Part shown: positions 1 to 9,180 of the stretch, one piece after another | How the letters are laid out: each line of letters opens with the position of its first letter | Numbering within the stretch: the stretch's first letter is position 1 | NCBI GenBank assembly: GCA_014727915.1 | Contig: WJMO01000009.1 | Span: forward strand, 32,001 to 96,000 | DNA: 64,000 nucleotides | Direction: 5' to 3' | DNA from: Candidatus Altiarchaeales archaeon | GTDB taxonomy: Archaea; Altiarchaeota; Altiarchaeia; IMC4; SCGC-AAA252-I15 | Position numbers and translations under genes: made by a program | The notes under the pieces: model-generated | Databases searched by the model: none | What the model was told of the DNA's origin: nothing | The model's input: only the letters and a program-made list of their open reading frames with translations

Positions 1-54
1 GACCTCACGCAACACGGGGAGGAAGCCTATCCTGAGATGGAGATACCAAGCTAA
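1..54 (+). CDS. amt: Ammonium transporter, C-terminal fragment (runs off window)
   Basis: Frame 1 reads DLTQHGEEAYPEMEIPS*, matching the Amt C-terminal (G)LDxxxHGExAY motif; directly upstream of P-II. Confidence 0.8.
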   Translation, partial: DLTQHGEEAYPEMEIPS

Positions 55-68
55 TGGAGGTGATGGAT

Positions 69-410
69 ATGAAGTTGATAATGGCTTACATACAGCCAGA
101 ACGGTTCAAGGAAGTGAAGAAGGAACTATACAAGGCGGACGTCAAGAAGATGTCCGTGGTGAAAGTCAGGGGATGCGGTCAGCAGATGGGCTTCACAGAG
201 GTCTTCAGGGGGGCGAGCCAGGAGGTCAACCTGCTGCCTAAGATCCGCATAGACATCGCAGTGAACGAGGACTTCGTCGAACCCACCATCGAGGCCATAA
301 TGAAGGGCGCGAGGACCGGCGAAGTCGGCGACGGGAAGATATTCGTCGTCACATTGGCCGAGTGCGTGAGGATACGGACCGGAGAAAGAGGAGGCAAAGC
401 CATAGGATGA
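69..410 (+). CDS. glnK: P-II family nitrogen regulatory protein
   Basis: MKLIMAYI, GCGQQMG T-loop, LLPKIRI, RTGEVGDGKIFV, RIRTGERG. Start placed at 69 after GGAGGTGA (56-63). Confidence 0.95.
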   Translation: MKLIMAYIQPERFKEVKKELYKADVKKMSVVKVRGCGQQMGFTEVFRGASQEVNLLPKIRIDIAVNEDFVEPTIEAIMKGARTGEVGDGKIFVVTLAECVRIRTGERGGKAIG

Positions 411-643
411 AAGAAATGGAGAAGTTCAAGGTCGAAGACAAGGGCCTGTTGGATGAGCTGAAGTTCTGGGGTCTCAAAGAGGATGAGATACTCAGGGAAT
501 CCCTTGAGTACATCATGTGGGCGACCATAAGGCGCAGGACCGACAATCGCTGCAGGACATGCAAGAAGGTGGTCAAATCCACGGTTCCCCCGGAGATGCA
601 GGTCAAGAACAGCTACCCCGACGGATTCTGCGAATGCGATTGA
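407..643 (+). CDS. Small hypothetical protein with CxxC...CxC, putative Zn-binding
   Basis: ATGA overlap with the glnK stop; CRTC and CEC near the C-terminus. Confidence 0.65.
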   Translation: MKEMEKFKVEDKGLLDELKFWGLKEDEILRESLEYIMWATIRRRTDNRCRTCKKVVKSTVPPEMQVKNSYPDGFCECD

Positions 644-743
644 AGACGCGTGTTCTGGGGGGATGGCATGGGTGCAGCGTCGTAATCCTGCGCTCTAAAC
701 CCAGTGGTTACATTTTTATACTGGATATTCCATACTTCATAGG

Positions 744-1151
744 ATGAAGAAGGATGAGCCTATGTCTGCGGAGGAGTTCTGCCCCATACGGCAGACGATA
801 AAGCTTTTGGGGAAACGGTGGACCATACTAATAGTGAAGGAGATATACTTTGGGAAGGGCAGGAAGCTGGGTTTCATGGAGCTGCGCAGGAGGCTTCCCG
901 ACGTGAGCACCAAGGTATTGTCAGAGCGTCTAAAGGAGATGGCGGAGGCGAAGCTGGTTCGCAGGAAAGAGCATAGGGACTCCAAGCCTGTGCGGGTCAC
1001 CTACACACTCACGGATAAGGGAAAGGACGCGTGCGAAATACTCAAAGTCTTCAAGGGCTACGGCCTTAAATGGGGGGGCAAGGACACATTCAACTGCGGC
1101 GACATAGACTGCGAATTGTGCCCCCGAAGATCGGAGAACGAAGAAGACTAG
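744..1151 (+). CDS. HxlR-family winged-helix regulator with C-terminal Cys cluster
   Basis: CPI...LGKRWTILI, STKVLSERLKEM, VTYTLTDKG; tail CGDIDCELC. Confidence 0.9.
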   Translation: MKKDEPMSAEEFCPIRQTIKLLGKRWTILIVKEIYFGKGRKLGFMELRRRLPDVSTKVLSERLKEMAEAKLVRRKEHRDSKPVRVTYTLTDKGKDACEILKVFKGYGLKWGGKDTFNCGDIDCELCPRRSENEED

Positions 1152-1570
1152 TGCTGCTCTGGCTCTGGGGCCAGCTTCATCTTAAGAGCTAGGAAAGCCA
1201 TCGCAGCCACCCCATACATCAGGAGTACGAGCTCTGGCGGGTCGACGAATCTACCTACTATCCTGACCACCGCATATATTATGGCTACCATGCCGGTCAT
1301 CAGAATCACGGCTTCGACGATGGCTTCGAAGAAGGCCTTTTTCACTGCATAGCCCGTCCTGACGGCCTCCTCCCTTATCTCATCGACCCGTTCGGCGGTC
1401 TCCTCCTTTATCTCCTCGACCTTCTCTTCGACCTGGTACCTCTGGGCGAAGTATTTCATGAGGAATCCGCCAACCCCTTCAGCCACTTCAAGGGCCGAAC
1501 CAAGAGGCACGCCTCCCAGCGGGCTTGACGCCTTTTTCCTCTTCCTCTTGGTTTTGCCCTTAGGAGCCAT
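1148..1570 (-). CDS. Membrane protein with basic N-tail and two C-terminal TM helices (YqjE/holin-like architecture)
   Basis: Two hydrophobic helices; 6 bp downstream of the YqjD-like gene on the same strand. Confidence 0.7.
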   Translation of the reverse strand: MAPKGKTKRKRKKASSPLGGVPLGSALEVAEGVGGFLMKYFAQRYQVEEKVEEIKEETAERVDEIREEAVRTGYAVKKAFFEAIVEAVILMTGMVAIIYAVVRIVGRFVDPPELVLLMYGVAAMAFLALKMKLAPEPEQH

Positions 1571-1576
1571 ATCTGT

Positions 1577-2209
1577 CTATCTTTTCTTGAGCATTGACAT
1601 CAGGAACGCTCCGGCCATGGCTCCTACCGCGGTAACGGCTACGGCAGCGCCTGCTGGGTTCTTCCTGACCTCTTTTTCGATCTGTTTTTGAGCCTTAGCA
1701 ACGTCTTTCTTGACTATTCTCTCGTATTTCTTGGATTCTTTCTTCCAGTCCTTCCCGGACATGTTGACCGCCTTCCTGTAGTTGGCTAGCATCTGCTTCT
1801 CAGCATTCTTCACAGCACCCTCTATCTGCCTTACCTGCTTTTTGCTAAGCATAGGCGAGGATCTTCTCCTCGCCGTTTTCCGCTTAGCCTTTTTCTTGGC
1901 CGGCTTCTTCTTCACGGTCCTTTTTTTGGCTTTTTTCTTGGCCGGCTTCTTCTTCACGGTCCTTTTTTTGGCTTTTTTCTTGGTTGTTCTCTTTTTGGCC
2001 GTCTTTTTCTTTTTGGCTGCTTTTTTCTTTACTGTTCTTCTTTTCGCAGTCTTCTTCTTGGTTGTCCTTTTCTTGGCCTTTTTCTTGGCCGGCTTCTTCC
2101 TTGCTGTTCTCTTCTTCGTCGCTTTCCTCTTGGCTGTCTTCTTCTTCGAACTCTTCCTCTTTACCCCTTTAGCCTTCCTTTTCGCTTTCTTCTTTGCCAT
2201 ATAGTTCAC
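1577..2209 (-). CDS. Histone H1/Hc2-like Lys/Arg-rich protein with ElaB/YqjD-like C-terminal tail anchor
   Basis: About 110 aa of KKKAKKRTxKKKPA-type repeats; C-terminus VRKNPAGAAVAVTAVGAMAGAFLMSMLKKR. Confidence 0.8.
   Translation of the reverse strand: MNYMAKKKAKRKAKGVKRKSSKKKTAKRKATKKRTARKKPAKKKAKKRTTKKKTAKRRTVKKKAAKKKKTAKKRTTKKKAKKRTVKKKPAKKKAKKRTVKKKPAKKKAKRKTARRRSSPMLSKKQVRQIEGAVKNAEKQMLANYRKAVNMSGKDWKKESKKYERIVKKDVAKAQKQIEKEVRKNPAGAAVAVTAVGAMAGAFLMSMLKKR
1891..1974. repeat. Perfect 42-bp tandem duplication inside the histone-like gene
   Basis: ttttcttggccggcttcttcttcacggtcctttttttggctt x2 (1891-1932, 1933-1974), a 14-aa unit. Confidence 0.9.
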
Positions 2210-2246
2210 CTCGCTGTAATAGAATTAAATAGAATCGAATAAAAAC

Positions 2247-2771
2247 CTATTCTGCGGAAATAATTGCTCTGTCTCTGCCGCCGTCGACTTCACGGAGCTT
2301 TATTTTTATCTTCTCCTTCACCGATGTCAGCACAACCGACCCTACATAGTCTGCCGTTATCGGGAGCTCCCGGTGTCCCCGGTCAACCAACACCGCGGTT
2401 TTTATGCTCTTGGGCCTCCCTACCTGTGTGAGCGCGTCCATTGCAGCCCTGATGGTTCTCCCGGTTGACATGACGTCATCGACCAGGACCACGTTCCTGC
2501 CGTTTATGTCGAATGGGATGTCTGTCAGGTCCTCTTCCAGGTCTTCTGTGACATCGTCCCGGTAGGGTCTCGTGTCGAGGGAGCCTACGCCCACGTTATT
2601 CCCGGATTCCTTCTTTATCCTGTTCTTCAGCCTTTTGGCCAGGGTGACTCCCCTGGTGATTATGCCGACGAGGACCAGGTCCTCCGGGTTCTCGCCTTCC
2701 AGTATCTGCTCCAGGAGCTTGTCCTCCGCCTCCTTTACCTCGTCTTCCCCCATGATCTGCGCTGTGTTCAT
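2247..2771 (-). CDS. pyrR: PyrR-family phosphoribosyltransferase (UPRTase/regulator homolog)
   Basis: GIITRGVTLAKRL, LDTRPYRDD, VVLVDDVMSTGRTIRAAMDAL, GRP, VDRGHRELPI. Confidence 0.9.
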   Translation of the reverse strand: MNTAQIMGEDEVKEAEDKLLEQILEGENPEDLVLVGIITRGVTLAKRLKNRIKKESGNNVGVGSLDTRPYRDDVTEDLEEDLTDIPFDINGRNVVLVDDVMSTGRTIRAAMDALTQVGRPKSIKTAVLVDRGHRELPITADYVGSVVLTSVKEKIKIKLREVDGGRDRAIISAE

Positions 2772-3406
2772 CTTCTTGTCTTTCGTATGAGGCTCCTGAC
2801 CACATCTACCGCCTTAAGCGAGTCCTTCTTGTCGACTATGATGATGGTGTTGTCGTAGCTTGAAGTTACCTCTATCAAGTTTATCTTGTTCCCGCCGAGC
2901 GACATCATCAGCTGGGCTATGACGCCTGGCGTGTCGACGATGTCCTCCGGGCTGGCTATTATTATCGCGCTTAGGTTGCTTATCTTCTTTAGCAGGTCCT
3001 CCCTTTTATACTTCACGCTCTCAATACCTCGGTCGTCGACCATCAGGGTGGTGGTGCCTATTCCCTGTATCCTGACGTAGAAGCAGTCTTTACACTCCTC
3101 CGGCTCTTTGAGCTCTGGGTTCCCTCTCAAGTAGAGAATGTTTATGTCGTCGAGCATCTGCAATCTGCTCTTCCCGAATATGTCGTTGTATTTCGTGTCC
3201 TCATCCTCATGTATCCTCGATCCGATCCGCTGAAGCGTCACTGCTATGGTGCTCACTTTCGTGTTGTATCCTGTCAGCCGGCTCACGTCCTTTTGGATGT
3301 GCTGTGCGAGCCTTCGGTTGTTGGTTATCCCCATGCGCAGGGCATCGTATACTCTCATGTCGGTCTTTATGGCTTCCTCCACTGCAGACGCCACGCTAGC
3401 CATCAT
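2768..3406 (-). CDS. Archaeal ACT-domain amino-acid-responsive regulator (N-terminal helical domain + C-terminal ACT)
   Basis: DALRMGITNNRRLA N-terminus; C-terminal DTPGVIAQLMMSLGGNKINLIEVTSSY ACT motif. Confidence 0.8.
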   Translation of the reverse strand: MMASVASAVEEAIKTDMRVYDALRMGITNNRRLAQHIQKDVSRLTGYNTKVSTIAVTLQRIGSRIHEDEDTKYNDIFGKSRLQMLDDINILYLRGNPELKEPEECKDCFYVRIQGIGTTTLMVDDRGIESVKYKREDLLKKISNLSAIIIASPEDIVDTPGVIAQLMMSLGGNKINLIEVTSSYDNTIIIVDKKDSLKAVDVVRSLIRKTRR

Positions 3407-3420
3407 ACACTATTGTATTA

Positions 3421-3470
3421 TATTTAAATATTATTTAAATATTGTTTTAAATAAAACAAATGGTTTTATT
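3421..3470. promoter_or_regulatory. Divergent promoter with palindromes: TATTTAAATA x2 and AATAAAAC-N5-GTTTTATT
   Basis: TATTTAAATA at 3421-3430 and 3432-3441; inverted repeat 3450-3457/3463-3470, between the ACT regulator and the arg operon. Confidence 0.55.
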
Positions 3471-3508
3471 TTTGTAACATTATATGTGTATGTGGAGGAT
3501 ACACTAAA

Positions 3509-4801
3509 ATGGAACTGGAAGAGATACTCAAAAAGATAGAGGAAACACCCAAACCAAAGGTCAAGAAGGCATGCATCGCATACTCCGGAGGCCTTGACTC
3601 CTGCCTCGGAGTCGAGTTCCTGCGCAAGGTATACGGCGCAGAGGAGATCGTGGCAGTAACACTGGACGTCGGACAGGGAGAGGAGGAGATTAAGGACGCG
3701 GACGAGAAAGCCAAGAAACTGGGTATCGACCCGATACTCATAGACATCAAGGACGAGTTCACGGAAGTGTGGATGTCCAAGGCGATACAGGCGAACAGCG
3801 ACTACAACGGATATCCGGTGTCGACTTCGATGACACGCCAGCTGGTAGCGGCGGTGGTCGCGGAGCAGGCGGTCAAACACGGCTGCGACTCCATACTCGA
3901 AGGCTGCACCGGGAAGGGCAACGACCAGTACAGGATGCACAACGTTATCAAGTTCTTCGCACCCGACATAGAGATACTGCAACCGGTGAGGGACTTCGAC
4001 CTCACCCGACTAGAGGAGAACGCTCTGGTGGAGGCCTGGGACATACCGGTCAACGAGCAGGTGACCGGCGGAGACGACAAGACCCTGTGGTGCCGCTCAA
4101 TAGCATCCGGCGCCGTTGACCTGAACCAGCCGCTGCCCGATGACATCTGGATGTGGCTGGTGCCTCCGGAGAAGGCGCCCGACAAGCCGACTATCGTCGA
4201 GCTGGAGTTCGAGAGGGGCGTTCCCGTGGCCATGGACGGAAAGCATATGAAGCTCGGCGACCTGGTCATGGAGTTGAACGTCATAGCAGGGAAGAACGGA
4301 GTGGGTAAGATAGACATGTTTGAGGACGGGATAATGAACATGAAGAGCCGCGAGATATACGAGGCCCCCGCCGCACACGTGATACTCAAGCTTCACCGTG
4401 ACCTGGAGCAGTGGTGCCTCAGCAAGGACGAGATACAGTTCAAGAAGTCAGTGGATTCCAAATGGGCTTACCTCGTATACCACGGCCAATGGTATCACCC
4501 GCTCAAGGACGACCTCGACGCGTTCATATCCAAGAGCCAGGAGTGGGTGAACGGCAGATACAAGGCGAAGCTTTACAAGGGCAACATCGACATCATCGAG
4601 CGCCACTCCGACACGGGACTGTTCAGCCCTGAGATGCGGTCAATAAAGACCCGTGGATTCGACCAGCGCTGGGCGGTCGGTTCGACAAAGGTGGAGACCC
4701 TCCAATGGATGATAATGGCCAAGGCGGGGCGGAAGCCCCAGCCCAAGGTCGAGATCAAGAAGGACCTGAAGAAGGCGGAGAAGGTGAAGGCCAGGAAGTA
4801 G
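3509..4801 (+). CDS. argG: Argininosuccinate synthase-like paralog with divergent substrate-pocket motifs
   Basis: AYSGGLDS, GCTGKGNDQYR, KSREIYEAPA. Confidence 0.85.
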   Translation: MELEEILKKIEETPKPKVKKACIAYSGGLDSCLGVEFLRKVYGAEEIVAVTLDVGQGEEEIKDADEKAKKLGIDPILIDIKDEFTEVWMSKAIQANSDYNGYPVSTSMTRQLVAAVVAEQAVKHGCDSILEGCTGKGNDQYRMHNVIKFFAPDIEILQPVRDFDLTRLEENALVEAWDIPVNEQVTGGDDKTLWCRSIASGAVDLNQPLPDDIWMWLVPPEKAPDKPTIVELEFERGVPVAMDGKHMKLGDLVMELNVIAGKNGVGKIDMFEDGIMNMKSREIYEAPAAHVILKLHRDLEQWCLSKDEIQFKKSVDSKWAYLVYHGQWYHPLKDDLDAFISKSQEWVNGRYKAKLYKGNIDIIERHSDTGLFSPEMRSIKTRGFDQRWAVGSTKVETLQWMIMAKAGRKPQPKVEIKKDLKKAEKVKARK

Positions 4802-4853
4802 ATTCCTGCCACTTCCCTCATTTATTTTAGGAAATCGAATAGGTTAGGGTACG

Positions 4854-6359
4854 ATGGCGAAGCTATGGGGAGGACGGTTCGAAAAGGACCTCACGGAGAG
4901 CACCGAGGACTATCTCCAGTCCATAGAGGTGGACAAGGAGATGGTATTGGAAGACATCTGGGGTAGCCAGGCCCATGCAATAATGCTCTCCAAGCAGGAC
5001 ATCATCTCCAACAAGGATTTGAAGGAGATCCTCCACTGGCTTGAAAAGGCGAAGAAGGACTACTTGAGCGGGAAGCTGGTCTTAAGCAAGCAGGACGAGG
5101 ACGTTCACATGAACGTCGAGAAATACCTCATCCGGGGGGCCGGCCCCGAATACGGGGGGAAGCTCCACACTGCTCGAAGCCGGAATGACCAGGTATTGAC
5201 GGATGCGAAACTCCACATACGGCACAAGATACTCGACATAAAGAAGAAGATATTGAGCCTGCAGAATGTCTTCATAGAACTTGCCGAGGAAAACCTCGAG
5301 ACTCCTGTTCCAGGCTACACGCACACCCAGGACGCTCAGCCGATAACATTGGCCTACTGGGCTACCGCCTATGTGAGCGCTTTCATGCGGGACCTCAAGC
5401 GTCTCGACCACGCCTACGCGAACGTAGACACCAACCCGCTGGGCTCGTGCGCTCTTGCAGGGACTTCATTTCCCATAGACCGCCGCATGACCGCGAAGCT
5501 TTTGGGGTTCACCGAGGTCCACAAGCACAGCCTGGATGTCATATCAAGCCGGGACTTCATAGCTGAGACATTGTGCGCGCTGACGATACACATGAGCAAC
5601 CTGAGCAAGCTCGCGGAGGAGATGGTCTACTGGAGCACCTACGAGTTCGGCATACTCGAGTTGGACGACAGCTACACCGCAGGCTCATCCATCATGCCCC
5701 AGAAGAAGAACCCCTGCGTGGCTGAGCTGACCCGCGGCCGGACTGGCCGAGTCTACGGAGCTCTAATGCAGCTGCTCACCATGATGAAGGGCATACCCAT
5801 GGGCTACAACCGTGACCTACAGGAGGACAAGCCACCCCTGTGGAACGCCTTCGACATCGTGGGCAAAACGCTCGACGTCACCATCGGGATGATAGACACC
5901 ATGAAAGTCAACGAGGAGCGGCTCGCTGAACTGTCCGGGGCGAACTTCACGACTGCCACGGAGCTGGCTAACCACCTGGTCCGGGAGCACGGGCTCAGCT
6001 TCCGTGAATGCCATCATATAGTCGGGAGCCTGGTGGGAGAGCTCCACCGGAAGGGGAAGAACTTCATGGACTTCGACGAAGTCGACAAGATACTGTCCGG
6101 TCAGGGAGTTAAGGTCAGCTTCGACGAGATGCGCAACATCTTCGACCCGCGCAAGAACATTCACACCTACAAGAGCCTCGGCAGCACCTCCCCCCGGGAG
6201 GTCTCCAAGATGATTCGGGAGTTCAAGAAACAGATGGACTCTAACATAAGACGCATAAAGTCCCAGGAGGAGCGTATTGAGTCCGCGCAGAAGCTCACGG
6301 AGAGCATAGTCTCGAAGGTGCTTGAAGGAAAGGACATAGGGGGGATAAAGATAAAATGA
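4854..6359 (+). CDS. argH: Argininosuccinate lyase
   Basis: [43 protein letters not shown]. Confidence 0.97.
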   Translation: MAKLWGGRFEKDLTESTEDYLQSIEVDKEMVLEDIWGSQAHAIMLSKQDIISNKDLKEILHWLEKAKKDYLSGKLVLSKQDEDVHMNVEKYLIRGAGPEYGGKLHTARSRNDQVLTDAKLHIRHKILDIKKKILSLQNVFIELAEENLETPVPGYTHTQDAQPITLAYWATAYVSAFMRDLKRLDHAYANVDTNPLGSCALAGTSFPIDRRMTAKLLGFTEVHKHSLDVISSRDFIAETLCALTIHMSNLSKLAEEMVYWSTYEFGILELDDSYTAGSSIMPQKKNPCVAELTRGRTGRVYGALMQLLTMMKGIPMGYNRDLQEDKPPLWNAFDIVGKTLDVTIGMIDTMKVNEERLAELSGANFTTATELANHLVREHGLSFRECHHIVGSLVGELHRKGKNFMDFDEVDKILSGQGVKVSFDEMRNIFDPRKNIHTYKSLGSTSPREVSKMIREFKKQMDSNIRRIKSQEERIESAQKLTESIVSKVLEGKDIGGIKIK

Positions 6360-7570
6360 AGAAGAAGGTAGTGTTGGCTTACTCGGGGGGTTTGGACACG
6401 AGCGTGATACTGAAGTGGCTCATCGACAAAGGCTATGATGTCATAGCATACGTGGCGGACGTCGGCCAGAAAGAGGACTATGAGGCCGTCAGGAAGAAGG
6501 CCCTCGAATGCGGAGCTAGCAAAGTCTACGTTGAAGACCTGAAAAAGGAGTTCATAACCGACTTCGTGTTCAAGGCTTTGAAGTCCAATGCGGTATACGA
6601 GGGAAGATACCTCCTTGGAACGTCGATAGCCCGGCCCGTGATCGCGAAACGCCACATAGACGTGGCCCGGAAGGAGAAGACCAACATAGTCTCCCACGGT
6701 GCCACCGGAAAGGGCAATGATCAGGTCCGCTTCGAGCTGACCTACATCACCTTGATGCCCGAGGTCGAGATAATAGCTCCCTGGAAGGACGAGGAGTTCC
6801 TGTCCAAGTTCCAGGGCCGGAAGGACATGCTGGAATATGCCGAGGAGCATGGCATCCCGGTAGAGGCCACGACTAAGAAGCCCTACAGCTCCGACGAGAA
6901 CATAATGCACAAGAGCTACGAGGCGGGGGTCCTGGAGGACCCGCTCAAACCAGCTGATGAATCCATGTTCACCATGACCGTTTCCCCGAAGGACGCCCCC
7001 GACGAGAAGACAAAGGTTTCAGTCACCTTCAAAGCGGGTGTCCCTGTTAAAGTCGAGTCCAACGGCACCGTCAAGTCTAAGCCTGTGGAGATGCTCCAGT
7101 TCCTGAACAAGATAGCGGGCGAGAACGGCGTGGGCCGCATAGACATCGTGGAGAACCGGTTCGTGGGTATGAAATCACGGGGCGTCTACGAGACACCCGG
7201 ATACACTGTGCTGCGCGCCGCTCACATGGACCTGGAGGGGCTGACGGTGGACCGTGAGGTGATACACCTCCGGGACATGCTGACACCCAAGATATCGGAG
7301 CTCATGTACTATGGGTTCTGGTATGCGCCCGAGATGTACTTCCTGATGGCAGCAGTCGAAGAGAGCCAGAAGCACGTTTCAGGCACGGTGCACCTGTCCC
7401 TATACAAGGGCAACGTGATTGTGGAAGGACGCGAGTCAGAGGACAGCCTATACGACGAGGACGTGGCCTCAATGGATGTCCACGGCGGATACGACCAGAA
7501 GGACGCTACCGGATTCATAAAACTGAACGCGTTGCGCCTGCGCATATGGGCCAGAAAACACGGTAAATGA
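6356..7570 (+). CDS. argG: Argininosuccinate synthase (canonical)
   Basis: [63 protein letters not shown]. Confidence 0.97.
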   Translation: MKKKVVLAYSGGLDTSVILKWLIDKGYDVIAYVADVGQKEDYEAVRKKALECGASKVYVEDLKKEFITDFVFKALKSNAVYEGRYLLGTSIARPVIAKRHIDVARKEKTNIVSHGATGKGNDQVRFELTYITLMPEVEIIAPWKDEEFLSKFQGRKDMLEYAEEHGIPVEATTKKPYSSDENIMHKSYEAGVLEDPLKPADESMFTMTVSPKDAPDEKTKVSVTFKAGVPVKVESNGTVKSKPVEMLQFLNKIAGENGVGRIDIVENRFVGMKSRGVYETPGYTVLRAAHMDLEGLTVDREVIHLRDMLTPKISELMYYGFWYAPEMYFLMAAVEESQKHVSGTVHLSLYKGNVIVEGRESEDSLYDEDVASMDVHGGYDQKDATGFIKLNALRLRIWARKHGK

Positions 7571-7600
7571 TTTATTTAGGCGATTTCCCCTATATCTTAC

Positions 7601-7810
7601 ATGGTGAATCATAGGGTTTTATCCTATCTGTTGCTGGCTTTGTCGCTCCTTCCCGGCAACTCATGTGCTTACATAGACCCTGGAACGGGCAGCATGTTAT
7701 TCCAACTTGTAATAGCCGCCTCTGTGGGGGTCATGTTCCTTATCAAGTCTAAGGTAAAAAACCTTATATCGGGTATACAAAAGGCATTGTCTAAGTCTGA
7801 TGATGGATGA
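7601..7810 (+). CDS. Small membrane protein with AYIDPGTGS motif
   Basis: Signal-like N-terminus, AYIDPGTGS, then a TM helix; overlaps the next gene. Confidence 0.75.
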   Translation: MVNHRVLSYLLLALSLLPGNSCAYIDPGTGSMLFQLVIAASVGVMFLIKSKVKNLISGIQKALSKSDDG

Positions 7811-9179
7811 GCGTAGGGTTCCCTCTTCTTTCAGGGACCCCAACGGATTTGTCTTCACTGAGGGTGGCGAGGTATTTCGCCAGGTTAACATCTCTTACAA
7901 AAGGCAATATGAGAAACTGATGTTCTCTGGCTTGTATGACGACCTGGTTTCTGATGGCCTGATTATTCCCCACATCGAATCGGACCATGAACCTTTGAAA
8001 AATCATGGCGCATATAAGGTATTGAAGCCCGATATTGTTCGTTTCACATCCTACCCCTATGAGTGGTGTTTCTCACAGTTAAAGGACGCTGCTCTGACGA
8101 CCCTCTCGATACAGATGAAATCCCTCGAACACGGGATGACACTAAAAGATGCCAGCGCATATAACATACAGTTCAACAGGGGGAAGCCTGTTCTCATAGA
8201 TACTCTATCCTTCGAGGTCCTGGACCCTACTGTCCCCTGGGTGGCCTATCGTCAATTCTGCCAGCACTTCCTAGCGCCGCTGGCGCTGATGACCTACATC
8301 GATCCAGGGCTGAACAGCCTCTTAAAGTCCCATCTAGACGGCGTTCCTCTTTCCATGGCCTCAAATATGCTGCCCAGAAGAACATACCTGAACTGGGGGC
8401 TACTTGTCCATTTACACATGCACTCAAAGAGTCAGTCACGTCTGATCAGGCATAGAGACAAGATGGAGGACAGGGCAATTAGCCTTAACTCCCTCAAAGG
8501 CCTTGCGGACAATCTGATGTCAACTGTGAAAAGCCTGGTCTGGAAGCCTGACAAGACAGTATGGAGCGAATACTATGGGGTTGAAAGTAACTATGATGAT
8601 TCGTCATTCGATGCAAAAAAGAAGAGGGTCGGAGAGCTAATAGAAAAGGCAAATCCGGCCAGCATTTGGGATATTGGGGCGAATACCGGCCTTTTCAGCA
8701 GGATGGCCTCTGAGAGGGGAGTACCGACCCTTTCGTTGGACTATGATAGGTCCTGTGTTGAGGTCAACTACTTAAGGGTCAAAAAGGACGGTGATGAAAA
8801 TCTGCTGCCCCTACACTCTGATATCACAAATCCAGCCCCGGCGATCGGATGGATGAACCAAGAGAGGAAGTCACTTCTTGAAAGGGGCCCAACAGACACT
8901 GTGCTTGCGTTAGCGTTGATACACCACCTGGCGATAGCAAACAACCTGCCCCTTGCCATGGTAAGCTCGTTCTTCTCAGGAATATGCAAAAAGCTAATAA
9001 TCGAATTCGTGCCCAAACAGGACTCCAATGCGCAGAGGCTTCTGCAGTCTAGGGAAGACATATTCCCTGACTATAACCTGGAGGAATTCGAAGGTGAATT
9101 CTCAAGATATTTTAAAATCGATTCCAAATTGCCAATACCCGGAAGCGATAGGGTGCTATATCTGATGGTGAAAGAATAA
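7800..9179 (+). CDS. NoeA-like protein (kinase-like N-domain + SAM-dependent methyltransferase)
   Basis: SSFRDP, SYPYEWCFSQLKDAA, LKDASAYNIQF, WDIGANTG, LALALIHHL. Confidence 0.85.
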   Translation: MMDERRVPSSFRDPNGFVFTEGGEVFRQVNISYKRQYEKLMFSGLYDDLVSDGLIIPHIESDHEPLKNHGAYKVLKPDIVRFTSYPYEWCFSQLKDAALTTLSIQMKSLEHGMTLKDASAYNIQFNRGKPVLIDTLSFEVLDPTVPWVAYRQFCQHFLAPLALMTYIDPGLNSLLKSHLDGVPLSMASNMLPRRTYLNWGLLVHLHMHSKSQSRLIRHRDKMEDRAISLNSLKGLADNLMSTVKSLVWKPDKTVWSEYYGVESNYDDSSFDAKKKRVGELIEKANPASIWDIGANTGLFSRMASERGVPTLSLDYDRSCVEVNYLRVKKDGDENLLPLHSDITNPAPAIGWMNQERKSLLERGPTDTVLALALIHHLAIANNLPLAMVSSFFSGICKKLIIEFVPKQDSNAQRLLQSREDIFPDYNLEEFEGEFSRYFKIDSKLPIPGSDRVLYLMVKE

Positions 9180-9180
9180 G

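Noticed and set aside
1782-2204. Phe/Leu-rich 'membrane protein' ORF on the + strand
   Set aside because: Antisense shadow of the Lys-rich repeats.
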